The notes under the pieces are model-generated. The model ran no database searches, was not told the DNA's origin, and saw only the letters and a program-made list of their open reading frames with translations. Both the position numbers and the translations under genes were made by a program. Below are positions 55,037-63,554 of a stretch of DNA of 64,000 nt, piece by piece. This DNA is from Eubacteriales bacterium (GTDB lineage: Bacteria > Bacillota > Clostridia > Oscillospirales > CAG-272). Position 1 is the stretch's first letter; each line of letters begins with the position of its first letter. The stretch is from contig JAZSEA010000075.1 in the NCBI GenBank assembly GCA_045531455.1, forward strand, positions 83,878 to 147,877, written 5' to 3'.

Positions 55037-55065
55037 ATTTTATCACAAACATAACAATAAATCAA
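55037..55065 (-). promoter_or_regulatory. Candidate promoter of tauE-proBAC (TTGATT-17-TGaTAAAAT)
   Basis: Minus-strand TTGATT (55065..55060) and TAAAAT (55042..55037) preceded by TGA. Confidence 0.55.
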
Positions 55066-55153
55066 TACACATAATGAACATTTTTTTAGCATTTGCAAGT
55101 TTTTCGTAAAGTTCTTGCATTTTATTGAATAATTATTCAATGTTTCATACATT

Positions 55154-55198
55154 CAAAAATAAAAAGCAAAAGAGATACCCAAAGGCATCTCTCTTGCT
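55154..55198 (-). terminator. Rho-independent terminator of ssrA
   Basis: On the minus strand, AGCAAGAGAGATGCC-TTT-GGGTATCTCTTTTGCT (with G.U pairs) is followed by TTTTTATTTTTG. Confidence 0.8.
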
Positions 55199-55205
55199 GA
55201 AAATT

Positions 55206-55575
55206 TGGTGGAGGCGAGGGGAATCGAACCCCTGTCCGAAAACCAATCCTTACGGCTTTCTACGAGTGTATACGGTTATTTACTTTCCCATCATTCGCCG
55301 GGAACCGTCACCCTGCGAAATCAAGTATCCTTTTTTTGCGTGATCACTTCAAAGGCTAAAAGGTGATTCACGTTCATCGCTGCATGACGCTCGCATCTCG
55401 GGCCGCGATACTCCCAAGCGGAACGGGCGGCTGCTTATGAGCCGCATCACTGCCGTTTAGGCAGCGTAAGCTACGTTATTGTTAGCGTTTAATTTTTAAG
55501 TTGAGCCGTTTAAGAGTTGCTCAGCTCTACCCGCTTACCGTATATCATAATCCCCGTCGAAACCTTTACGCCCCC
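55206..55575 (-). ncRNA. ssrA: tmRNA (SsrA), 370 nt, tag reading frame ANNNVAYAA-stop
   Basis: The 5' end GGGGGCGTAAAGGTTTCGACGGGG pairs with the 3' end GGGGTTCGATTCCCCTCGCCTCCACCA, forming the tRNA-Ala-like acceptor with G3.U70 and a T arm. The internal frame GCT AAC AAT AAC GTA GCT TAC GCT GCC TAA (55486..55457) follows AAAAATTAAAC, and the stop sits in a hairpin loop. Confidence 0.93.
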
Positions 55576-55602
55576 GTATAGATATTTGAGCAGGGAAGTG
55601 CA

Positions 55603-56073
55603 TCAATAATCATAATGTGTTTTACGAATTCTTTCGCTGTCCCGATTTGCTTGTTTTTCAGCTTCAGCATCGCGCTTATCATAAAGCTTTTTACCTCTAC
55701 ACAAACCAACCTCAACTTTGACTTTCGAATCCTTGAAGTAAAGAGAAAGAGGAATCAGCGTATACCCCTTTTGAGACGTTAACGAAAACAGCTTTAGAAT
55801 CTCTTTTTTATGCATCAAAAGTTTTCTGGTACGTCTTGGGTCCCTATTAAAGATATTACCTTTTTCATAAGGGCTGATATGAATACCGTTTGCAAAAAGT
55901 TCACCATCTTTAATGGAGCAGTATGAATCTTTTAAATTCACCTGACCTGCACGAAGACTTTTAACTTCGGTGCCCACAAGAGAAATACCGGCTTCGTATT
56001 TGTCATCAACAAAATAATCGTGATATGCTTTTCTGTTAGCGGCAATCTGCTTTGTGCCGCGAGCTTTAGCCAT
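55603..56073 (-). CDS. smpB: SsrA-binding protein SmpB
   Basis: [28 protein letters not shown]...LLMHKKEI is diagnostic. AGGAGG lies 8 nt before the ATG at 56073; the ORF-track GTG at 56079 is too close to the SD. Confidence 0.93.
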   Translation of the reverse strand: MAKARGTKQIAANRKAYHDYFVDDKYEAGISLVGTEVKSLRAGQVNLKDSYCSIKDGELFANGIHISPYEKGNIFNRDPRRTRKLLMHKKEILKLFSLTSQKGYTLIPLSLYFKDSKVKVEVGLCRGKKLYDKRDAEAEKQANRDSERIRKTHYDY

Positions 56074-56104
56074 TCGCACAGCCTCCTTTCAAAGAGCTTT
56101 ATTC

Positions 56105-56133
56105 ATTATACTACAAATAAAACAAAAAATCAA
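56105..56133 (-). promoter_or_regulatory. Promoter of smpB(-ssrA) (TTGATT-17-TATAAT)
   Basis: Minus-strand TTGATT (56133..56128) and TATAAT (56110..56105). Confidence 0.6.
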
Positions 56134-56400
56134 GAGAATTTTGAAGAATCTTGTCATTCAATTAAAATGATCAAAAAACGGATCAAATCAGAGAGAAGAA
56201 AGGGACGGGAGTAATTCGCCCGGTTCGTACTACTTCGTAAAATCAAAGTTTTACGTAGTTTGGGGAAGAAGCTATTGATATATTCGCGTCTTTTTTCGGT
56301 ATTCTTTTTATTAACTGTCTTCGTACTTTTGTTTGTTTTGAACAAAAATCATATAAAAATCTGTACATTCCTACAAATTTTATTTTTTTGCAAAAATATT

Positions 56401-56429
56401 TTGACTTTTCACTTGATTAATGATATAAT
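56401..56429 (+). promoter_or_regulatory. Promoter (TTGACT-17-TATAAT) of the 141-aa gene
   Basis: TTGACT at 56401..56406 and TATAAT at 56424..56429. Confidence 0.65.
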
Positions 56430-56490
56430 AAATACATACAAAATTGTTTTTCATTTTGATTGTAATTTATTTTTTGGAGGTACATATAAT

Positions 56491-56916
56491 ATGGCTATCA
56501 AGATGCGTTACCTTTACGCTTCAGGCAAAAAGAAATTCGTTACCATCGGCGAGACTATTAAGCAAAAATTTTCTCTTACCGTCAACAATGCCGTTGACGT
56601 AATTCCGCCCGCGTATCCCTGCGATAAGGAAAGATTTGTTTTCATCGGTATTTCTGTTAAGGACGAACCCGAAAACAAGGTAAGACTTTTCTGTCAGCAC
56701 CTTGACAAGACTAAGGCAGCTTACGTAGCACTTATCGTTGACGGAAACGAAAAAGGCGCAAATGCTGTCAAGGATCTCCTTACTTCTGCGGGAACAAACG
56801 TTTTCCCCGAGATCCTTTATATCAAGGGCGGCCTTCCTTTCCTCGGCAATCTTAACGCCGACGAAAAGAAAGCTCTCGACGAATGGCTCGATCGCGCAGT
56901 TCAGTATATGAACTAA
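56491..56916 (+). CDS. Hypothetical protein (141 aa), possibly flavodoxin-like fold without an FMN loop
   Basis: GGAGG lies 10 nt before the ATG at 56491. The ORF-track start at 56260 runs through the promoter and AT-rich spacer. Only a weak alpha/beta pattern, with no diagnostic motif. Confidence 0.5.
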   Translation: MAIKMRYLYASGKKKFVTIGETIKQKFSLTVNNAVDVIPPAYPCDKERFVFIGISVKDEPENKVRLFCQHLDKTKAAYVALIVDGNEKGANAVKDLLTSAGTNVFPEILYIKGGLPFLGNLNADEKKALDEWLDRAVQYMN

Positions 56917-56932
56917 TTCACATATTATTCAT

Positions 56933-56968
56933 AAATTCCCGCCGATATTTTCGGCGGGAATTTATTAT
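56933..56968. terminator. Bidirectional hairpin terminator
   Basis: 12-bp stem AAATTCCCGCCG/CGGCGGGAATTT with loop ATATTTT, flanked by A/T runs. Confidence 0.85.
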
Positions 56969-57771
56969 TTCTTTCTCCTAATTATCCAGTATATACCAAT
57001 TCCTACAAGCAATATCAAAACGAACGATATCACAAATACTGTTATGATCTTTTCGGTTTCAATTGGATTTATATTCTGATTCTGTGTATTATAGGGAGCG
57101 AGAACGTCGATTCCGATATCGCCGGCTCTGTCGGTAACGCGAACGTATTCCTTTTTCACACAGTCGCTCTCCATATCGTTTCTGAACGTACCGTTGTTCT
57201 TTCTTATCATATATTCAAGCCAATAGTCATTGCTGACGTATGTTTCGCCGTCAACGACTTCACTCAGAGTCTGGATATACGTGATCTTTATGTTGTAAAG
57301 CTGCTGCATTGTAAATTCCATTTTTGTTTTGCCGTCAGCTTCTATGTACTCGTCACTGAATAATGCATTCAGAGCAGCAGAATCGCCGTTAATTGCATAA
57401 TTTACAAAGTCGCAAAGCAAGGAAACAAACTTATATTGATCGGTAGGAACGTCATCAAAGTTCCCGTCGACTATCGCGAACGTAATACCGTTAACAGGAT
57501 TCTCAAAGTATACATTTCTGTCAAGTTCAAGGTATCCTTTATCCGTCAAGATATCAAAGTCATAATCAGCTTCGTGAAAGATCAGAGTTTCGCCGCCGCT
57601 TTCTTCGGGCTGATTAAAGTGTTCTATGGCACCAACCAAAGCAAGACACGCTACAACGATTCCGGTTATAATAGTCAAAAGTGCAATAATTATTCTTTTG
57701 GCTGCCTTTTTATTATTCCGTGCTCTCTTATTTTTGATTTTGCTCTTCTCTACCGGCTTTTGGCTGTTCAT
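56965..57771 (-). CDS. Hypothetical bitopic membrane protein (N-terminal anchor, extracytoplasmic domain, C-terminal TM + RRKK tail)
   Basis: GAGG lies 6 nt before the ATG at 57771 (MNSQKP...). There are two hydrophobic segments, one at each end. No motif recognised. Confidence 0.55.
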   Translation of the reverse strand: MNSQKPVEKSKIKNKRARNNKKAAKRIIIALLTIITGIVVACLALVGAIEHFNQPEESGGETLIFHEADYDFDILTDKGYLELDRNVYFENPVNGITFAIVDGNFDDVPTDQYKFVSLLCDFVNYAINGDSAALNALFSDEYIEADGKTKMEFTMQQLYNIKITYIQTLSEVVDGETYVSNDYWLEYMIRKNNGTFRNDMESDCVKKEYVRVTDRAGDIGIDVLAPYNTQNQNINPIETEKIITVFVISFVLILLVGIGIYWIIRRKK

Positions 57772-57901
57772 TTTGCACCTCATTTTTCTTTTATTATAGC
57801 ATAAATCAAGAAAAAATCAAGTGAATTATTTGTTAATAATCAAAATAGAATTTAATCAACTCTGTAAAACAACGAATTTAGCTGTTTTTTTAATTAATAT
57901 A

Positions 57902-57930
57902 TTGAATTATTTTTTTTTTTGTGATATAAT
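57902..57930 (+). promoter_or_regulatory. Promoter of apgM (TTGAAT-17-TGaTATAAT) with T11 tract in the spacer
   Basis: TTGAAT at 57902..57907 and TATAAT at 57925..57930 preceded by TGA. The spacer contains 11 consecutive T (57910..57920). Confidence 0.6.
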
Positions 57931-57961
57931 ATAATGAAATATTTTTTCGAGGAATACTATA

Positions 57962-59173
57962 ATGAAATACCTTGTTTTAATACCTGACGGTATGGCTGAT
58001 TATCCTGTCGATGCTCTCGATTGCAAAACACCTATGGAAGCCGCATATAAACCGACAATGGATAAGCTTGCAAAGAACTCTTTCTACGGACTTGTACAGA
58101 ACGTTCCCGAAGGAATGGTTCCTGAATCCGATACTGCCAATATGGCGATCCTGTCCTTTGATCCCAAGATATATTCCAAAGGAAGATCTCCTCTTGAAGC
58201 AGTAAGTATGGGACTCAAATTAAGCGGAAACGACGTTGCGATAAGAGCTAATACGGTTTCACTTTCTGAAGCTGAAAATTATGAAGACAGAATTATGCTT
58301 GACAATGCCGCTGATGAGATCACCACAGAGGAAGCTGCAATTCTCATTGAAGAAATCAACAAGTATCTTTCCGACGATCTTAAAAAGCTTTACGTTGGAG
58401 TATCATACAGACACTGCCTTGTATGGAACGGTGCCGATGACAAGTACAATTTCACCCGCCCGCACGATATTATCGGAAAACGCATCGGAGATTATCTTCC
58501 GAATACCGAATCAGGAAAAGCATATCTTGAGTATATGAAAGCAAGCTGTAAAATTCTTGAAAATCATCCGCTTAATATCGAAAGAAAGAAGCGCGGCAGA
58601 CTGCCCGCTAACTCACTTTGGCTCTGGAGTCCCGGAAAACCTTTGACTCTTCCCTCTTTTAAAAACAAATTCGGCCTCAACGGAACCGCAATTTCTGCCG
58701 TTGATCTTATCAAGGGCATAGGAATCTGTGCTGAGATGAACACCGTAGACGTAGAAGGTGCTACAGGAACGGTCAATACCAACTACGAGGGCAAGGCTCA
58801 AACCGCAATCGATGCTTTCAAGCGCGGCGACGATCTTGTTTATCTCCATTTTGAAGGTCCCGACGAGCACGGACACGGCGGTCAGGCGGATCTCAAAACA
58901 AAGGCTATCGAATATATCGACTCAAGAGCTCTCAAGCCCATCCTTGAATATCTTGAAGGCTGCGGAGATGATTTCGGTATTATGATCCTTCCCGATCACC
59001 CCACCCCTATAAGTGTTCGTACGCATACGCGTGAGGCAGTACCGTATATTATCTATTCTTCAAAGAATCAGGGCAATGGTATTGATACCTACAGCGAAAA
59101 GAGCTGTGCCGACGGAGTTTATATTCCCGACGGTTGGAAGCTTATGGAATACTTTATTGACCTTTGCAAATAA
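57962..59173 (+). CDS. apgM: Cofactor-independent phosphoglycerate mutase, archaeal-type (ApgM family)
   Basis: MKYLVLIPDGMADYP..., ESDTANMAILSFDP, HFEGPDEHGH and ILPDHPTP are typical of the ApgM/alkaline-phosphatase-superfamily mutases. Confidence 0.85.
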   Translation: MKYLVLIPDGMADYPVDALDCKTPMEAAYKPTMDKLAKNSFYGLVQNVPEGMVPESDTANMAILSFDPKIYSKGRSPLEAVSMGLKLSGNDVAIRANTVSLSEAENYEDRIMLDNAADEITTEEAAILIEEINKYLSDDLKKLYVGVSYRHCLVWNGADDKYNFTRPHDIIGKRIGDYLPNTESGKAYLEYMKASCKILENHPLNIERKKRGRLPANSLWLWSPGKPLTLPSFKNKFGLNGTAISAVDLIKGIGICAEMNTVDVEGATGTVNTNYEGKAQTAIDAFKRGDDLVYLHFEGPDEHGHGGQADLKTKAIEYIDSRALKPILEYLEGCGDDFGIMILPDHPTPISVRTHTREAVPYIIYSSKNQGNGIDTYSEKSCADGVYIPDGWKLMEYFIDLCK

Positions 59174-59186
59174 GAGGTATTTGATA

Positions 59187-59837
59187 ATGAATGAAAATGA
59201 AATCATAACCGAAACCACCGAAAATAACGAGCAGGTTTCGGAATCCCCCAAAAATGAAAAGAAAAAGAATTCATTTCTCGGAGAGTTTTTTGAGTACTTT
59301 GAGTTATTCATTTTTTCCGCTTGTGCCGTGCTGATCCTTTTCAGCTTTGTTACCAGGATCTGCAGAGTTGACGGACCTTCGATGCTCAACACACTCCACG
59401 ACAGCGAAATGCTGATCGTATCGGATTTCCTTTATACTCCCGAACGCGGAGATATCATCGTATTCCATCAGACGGGTGATCAGCCCGGAGATCTCAACGA
59501 GCCGATCGTCAAGAGAGTCATTGCAACCGAGGGTGAATGGATGAGCATTGTCAAAAACAGCAATAACACTCTTACGGTAACTATTTACGATTCAAACAAA
59601 GAGAATCCCGTCGTTCTCGATGAACAGTATGCAAATTACGAAAACGGTCCGGGTTATTATTCCTACAACGGCGATCTGTTCGAGATACCCGAGGATTGTA
59701 TATTCGTAATGGGTGATAACAGAGGCAATTCACTTGACAGCCGTGCTGACAGCATAGGATTTGTAGATACTCGCAGAGTTCTCGGAAAAGTAATCTGCAG
59801 AGTTACTCCATTTGACAAATTCGGAAAAGTAGATTAA
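59187..59837 (+). CDS. lepB: Signal peptidase I
   Basis: TM anchor, the catalytic Ser box DGPSMLNTL, the Lys box VKRVIA and GDNRGNSLDSR. The ATG at 59187 follows the apgM stop; the ORF-track start at 59013 would overlap apgM by 161 nt. Confidence 0.9.
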   Translation: MNENEIITETTENNEQVSESPKNEKKKNSFLGEFFEYFELFIFSACAVLILFSFVTRICRVDGPSMLNTLHDSEMLIVSDFLYTPERGDIIVFHQTGDQPGDLNEPIVKRVIATEGEWMSIVKNSNNTLTVTIYDSNKENPVVLDEQYANYENGPGYYSYNGDLFEIPEDCIFVMGDNRGNSLDSRADSIGFVDTRRVLGKVICRVTPFDKFGKVD

Positions 59838-59855
59838 GGAAACGGAATTATAGAT

Positions 59856-60740
59856 ATGCCATCACAAGTTATTCAATGGTTCCCGGGGCATATGGCGAAA
59901 ACCCGCCGTATGATAACCGAGAATATCAAAAATGTAGACGCAATAATCGAGATGAGGGATGCGAGAATCCCGATCAGCTCGAAAAATCCCGAAATCGAAA
60001 AACTTACCCAGAACAAGCCGAGACTTATTTTGCTCAACAAAGCATCGCTTGCCAATCCGGCAGATTCTGCTAAATGGGTAAAGTTTCTATCGAAAAAGAA
60101 TACCATTTGTATTCTCACAGACTGTGCGGACGGAACGGGCTTCAACGAGATCCTTCCCGCGCTCAAAAAGCTTTGTGCGGATAAGCTTGCCGCTTACGAA
60201 AGCAAGGGCATGCACGGCAGACATATACGCGCAATGGTTCTCGGTATCCCCAACGTAGGCAAATCTTCATTCATCAACAGACTTGCGGGCGGAAAGCGTG
60301 CAAAGGTCGAGGACCGCCCCGGAGTAACGAGAGATAAGCAATGGGTTCAGACGAAGTATAATATAGATCTTCTTGATATGCCCGGTGTTCTTTGGCCGAA
60401 ATTCGATGATAAGGTCATCGGCGAAAATCTTGCTCTTACGGGAGCTGTTAAGGACGACGTTATTGATACCGTTGAGCTCTCCGCGGTTCTTGTAAACAGA
60501 TTGCGCGAAAGCTATCCCGATCTGCTATGCTCAAGATATAAGCTGACACCCGAGGACATTTCCGAGGACGTTACCGTAGGCGAGATCTTCGATATAATCG
60601 GACAAAAACGCGGATTTCTCCTTCGCGGTGGCGAGATCAACTATGACCGTGCCGCGGCTGTAATACTCGATGAATTCAGAGCAGCAAAGATTGGAAGAAT
60701 AACGCTCGATGCTTGTCCTGAAGAGGAAGGCGGTAACTGA
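59856..60740 (+). CDS. rbgA: Ribosome biogenesis GTPase A (YlqF/RbgA)
   Basis: IQWFPGHMAKTRR and circularly permuted G motifs (LNKASL, GIPNVGKSSFINRL, DMPGVLWPK). Confidence 0.93.
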   Translation: MPSQVIQWFPGHMAKTRRMITENIKNVDAIIEMRDARIPISSKNPEIEKLTQNKPRLILLNKASLANPADSAKWVKFLSKKNTICILTDCADGTGFNEILPALKKLCADKLAAYESKGMHGRHIRAMVLGIPNVGKSSFINRLAGGKRAKVEDRPGVTRDKQWVQTKYNIDLLDMPGVLWPKFDDKVIGENLALTGAVKDDVIDTVELSAVLVNRLRESYPDLLCSRYKLTPEDISEDVTVGEIFDIIGQKRGFLLRGGEINYDRAAAVILDEFRAAKIGRITLDACPEEEGGN

Positions 60741-60741
60741 T

Positions 60742-61350
60742 ATGCCCGACCTCAGCATTGAACTTCAAAAGCATTCTGAGGGATATAAATACGTTTGCGG
60801 AATAGATGAAGCAGGACGCGGTCCGCTTTGCGGTCCTGTAGTTGCCGCTGCTTGTATTCTGCCCGATGACGTTGAGATCCCCAAACTCAACGATTCAAAG
60901 AAGCTTTCTCCGAAAGTACGTATGGAGCTTTTTGAATTGATAAAGGAAAAAGCGATTGCTTATTCCATCGGTTACGGCACTGTTGAAGAAATCAACGAGA
61001 TCAACATTCTCGAAGCGACACTCCTTGCCATGAGAAGAGCAGTTGATGGGCTCGATATTTCTCCCGACTATCTTTTGGTAGACGGAAACATTTTCCGTGG
61101 ATTTGACAAACCGGGCGAGCCTGTCATTAAAGGTGATGCAAAATCATCATCTATTGCCGCTGCTTCAATTCTCGCAAAGGTAACGCGAGATATTCTTTGT
61201 GACGAGCTCGATGCTCTTTATCCCGGATACGGTATAAAGCAGCATAAGGGATACGGAACAAAGGTACATATCGAAGCTCTGAAAAATCTCGGACCTACTC
61301 CTTGCCACAGAAAACAGTTCATCAGATTTCTTGATAAGAAAACGATATGA
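60742..61350 (+). CDS. rnhB: Ribonuclease HII
   Basis: CGIDEAGRGPLCGPVVAAA, DSKKLS and ASILAKVTRD. The ATG at 60742 lies 1 nt after the rbgA stop. Confidence 0.92.
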   Translation: MPDLSIELQKHSEGYKYVCGIDEAGRGPLCGPVVAAACILPDDVEIPKLNDSKKLSPKVRMELFELIKEKAIAYSIGYGTVEEINEINILEATLLAMRRAVDGLDISPDYLLVDGNIFRGFDKPGEPVIKGDAKSSSIAAASILAKVTRDILCDELDALYPGYGIKQHKGYGTKVHIEALKNLGPTPCHRKQFIRFLDKKTI

Positions 61351-61751
61351 AACTGCTTAACACAAATCAGTTAGGAAAGACAGGCAAATTCGGTGAAGAT
61401 GCCGCATTTTCCTATCTTACCAATCTCGGATACGAAATCCTTGGCAGAAACGTTGTTTGTGACGGTCACGAAATCGACATCATCGCTTGCGACATAAAAT
61501 ATGTGGTGTTTGTCGAAGTAAAAACAAGAACAGCATATCACGGATTATCAAGATTCGGCTCCGCGGCATCAGCTGTAGACCGCAACAAGCAAAGATCGAT
61601 AATCACCGCATCCAAGGCATATATGAATCAAACAAGACTCAGACGAGTACCGCGTTATGACGTCATAGAGGTTTATGTAAATAAATCCTCTGATGGGTTT
61701 ACTATAGAAAAAATCAATCACATACCCCGAGCATTCGGCTCGGGCAGATAA
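61347..61751 (+). CDS. yraN: YraN family (UPF0102) endonuclease-like protein
   Basis: GEDAAFSYLTNLGYEILGRN...EIDIIA...VFVEVKTR matches the YraN pattern. Overlaps rnhB by 4 nt (ATGA). Confidence 0.88.
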   Translation: MKLLNTNQLGKTGKFGEDAAFSYLTNLGYEILGRNVVCDGHEIDIIACDIKYVVFVEVKTRTAYHGLSRFGSAASAVDRNKQRSIITASKAYMNQTRLRRVPRYDVIEVYVNKSSDGFTIEKINHIPRAFGSGR

Positions 61752-61761
61752 GAGGTTAAAA

Positions 61762-63249
61762 ATGAAATTTATCAGCACACGAGATATTAAGGGAGATACA
61801 CGAGTATCATCTGCTTTTGCTATTAAGCAAGGACTTGCCCCGGACGGCGGTCTTTACGTACCCGAATATATTCCCGCTATCGATCAGTCCTTTGTTTCTT
61901 CCCTTCTTGATATGTCCTATCCTGAAATGGCGGCAGAAATTCTATCCCTTTACCTCGACGATTTCAGCAAGGAAGAACTTCTTGAATACGCCAAGTCCGC
62001 ATATATCAACGGAGTATTCCCGAAAGAGGTAGCACCCCTGGCTACAGTAAGCGATAACCTTTCTGTTCTCGAGCTTTGGCACGGTCCCACAGCGGCTTTC
62101 AAGGATTTTGCTCTCTGTATTATGCCCCATCTTCTCACAGCATCGCTCAGGAAGCTCGGCGAGACCAGAACCGCTCTCATACTTGTCGCAACCTCCGGTG
62201 ACACAGGTAAGGCGGCTCTCGAAGGCTACAGAGACGTAAAGGGGGTCAAAATAAAAGTATTCTATCCCGTCGACGGTGTCAGCAAGGTACAGAAGCTTCA
62301 GATGATCACTCAGACAGGCACAAACGTTGACGTTTGTGCTATAAAAGGCAACTTTGATGACGCGCAAAGCGGGGTCAAAAAGATTTTCTCCGACGCGGAG
62401 ATCGCTTCTGATCTCAACAGCAAGGGATATTTCCTTTCAAGCGCAAACTCCATCAACTGGGGCAGACTTGCACCGCAGATCGTCTATTATTTCGCCGCAT
62501 ATTGCGAGCTTCTCAGAAGAAGAAGCATTTCTTACGGCGACAAGGTTGATTTCTGCGTTCCGACAGGTAACTTCGGCAATATTCTTGCAGGTTATATTGC
62601 AAAGAAGATGGGACTTCCGATCGGTAAGCTGATCTGCGCTTCTAATGCCAACAATATCCTTACCGACTTCCTCAATACCGGAGTCTACAACAGAAACCGC
62701 AAATTCCATACAACTATTTCACCTTCGATGGACATTCTCATTTCGAGCAATCTCGAAAGACTTCTGTATTTCGCAGCCGGAAGCGGTACCGTTGTTAATT
62801 GTATGAAATCTCTCGCAGATCAGGGATCGTATTCGATAGATAAAGACATTCTCGAGCTTATCAATAAAGATTTCTGCGGCTATTACGCCGACGAGAGTGC
62901 TACGACCGATACCATCGGAAGTGTTTATGACAACTACAACTATCTCTGCGATCCTCATACTGCCGTAGGTATGTACTGTGCCGAAGAATACAAATCGGAA
63001 TTCAATTCCGGAAGAAAGACCGTAGTACTTTCCACAGCAAGCCCCTTCAAATTTGCCGCAAGCGTATACAAGGCTCTCACGAACTGCATCCCTCCCGAAG
63101 GATACGAAGCACTTACAGCTCTTTCCGATCTGACAAGCATTCCGATCTCGACACCTCTCGCAGGTCTCGACAAGCGAACTGTAAGATTTGAACGCGTTAT
63201 CTCTCCCGAGGAAATGGCTGACGATGTCCTCGAGCATCTTGAAGATTAA
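61762..63249 (+). CDS. thrC: Threonine synthase (long form)
   Basis: MKFISTRD..., the PLP lysine context GPTAAFKDFAL, and the 495-aa size. Confidence 0.9.
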   Translation: MKFISTRDIKGDTRVSSAFAIKQGLAPDGGLYVPEYIPAIDQSFVSSLLDMSYPEMAAEILSLYLDDFSKEELLEYAKSAYINGVFPKEVAPLATVSDNLSVLELWHGPTAAFKDFALCIMPHLLTASLRKLGETRTALILVATSGDTGKAALEGYRDVKGVKIKVFYPVDGVSKVQKLQMITQTGTNVDVCAIKGNFDDAQSGVKKIFSDAEIASDLNSKGYFLSSANSINWGRLAPQIVYYFAAYCELLRRRSISYGDKVDFCVPTGNFGNILAGYIAKKMGLPIGKLICASNANNILTDFLNTGVYNRNRKFHTTISPSMDILISSNLERLLYFAAGSGTVVNCMKSLADQGSYSIDKDILELINKDFCGYYADESATTDTIGSVYDNYNYLCDPHTAVGMYCAEEYKSEFNSGRKTVVLSTASPFKFAASVYKALTNCIPPEGYEALTALSDLTSIPISTPLAGLDKRTVRFERVISPEEMADDVLEHLED

Positions 63250-63252
63250 AGA

Positions 63253-63275
63253 ATCCGACTGCTGAGCAGTCGGAT
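63253..63275. terminator. Hairpin between convergent thrC and the DUF1540 gene
   Basis: 10-bp stem ATCCGACTGC/GCAGTCGGAT with loop TGA. The T tracts are weak on both strands. Confidence 0.55.
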
Positions 63276-63281
63276 CTTGGA

Positions 63282-63476
63282 TCATTCGCAACGAGGCTTA
63301 AAGGTTGTACAAGCAGTATCTCCGCTGTTAGAGGCATTGGAGGGTCCTACAAGGATCTGCTTTGCAGTACAATGAGTTTCGCAATCGTGGTACTCGCAGT
63401 TCTTTACGTCGCAAACAATGCCCTCAATATGCTTATGACTCGATTTGCAGCAAGAGTTGATCTTCTTCTCTTCCAT
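63282..63476 (-). CDS. DUF1540 domain protein (Cys-rich, 64 aa)
   Basis: CDVKNCEYHDCETHCTAKQILVG is the DUF1540 repeat signature. Confidence 0.75.
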   Translation of the reverse strand: MEEKKINSCCKSSHKHIEGIVCDVKNCEYHDCETHCTAKQILVGPSNASNSGDTACTTFKPRCE

Positions 63477-63554
63477 CGCTCTTCTCCTTTCTGTTGTTTC
63501 CTTACTATTATCCCCCGATTATTATCACTTATTCTGTTATCAAGGAGGTTTTAC

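Noticed and set aside
55125-55343. A 72-aa ORF on the plus strand.
   Set aside because: It lies antisense across the tmRNA 3' domain and its terminator. It is explained fully by ssrA.
56965-57771. The C-terminal hydrophobic segment plus RRKK tail, preceded by NPIETE, looked like a possible sortase B sorting signal. The only sortase in the window is srtB at 19534..20550, which has no adjacent substrate gene.
   Set aside because: - Class B signals are NP(Q/K)(T/S)(N/G)-like or (S/P)PxTG, with Thr at position 4. In NPIETE the Thr is out of register.
- The protein also keeps an N-terminal membrane anchor rather than a cleavable signal.
- I cannot support a substrate call.
59013-59186. A 58-codon N-terminal extension of the signal peptidase ORF. 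Similar long 5' extensions occur at 56260 (141-aa gene), 30945 (hydrolase), 34980 (CNNM), 19501 (srtB), 23669 (ABM) and 60709 (rnhB).
   Set aside because: - The extensions overlap upstream genes or run through promoters and AT-rich spacers.
- Downstream in-frame ATG or TTG codons have well-spaced SD sequences and match the expected N-termini of the families.
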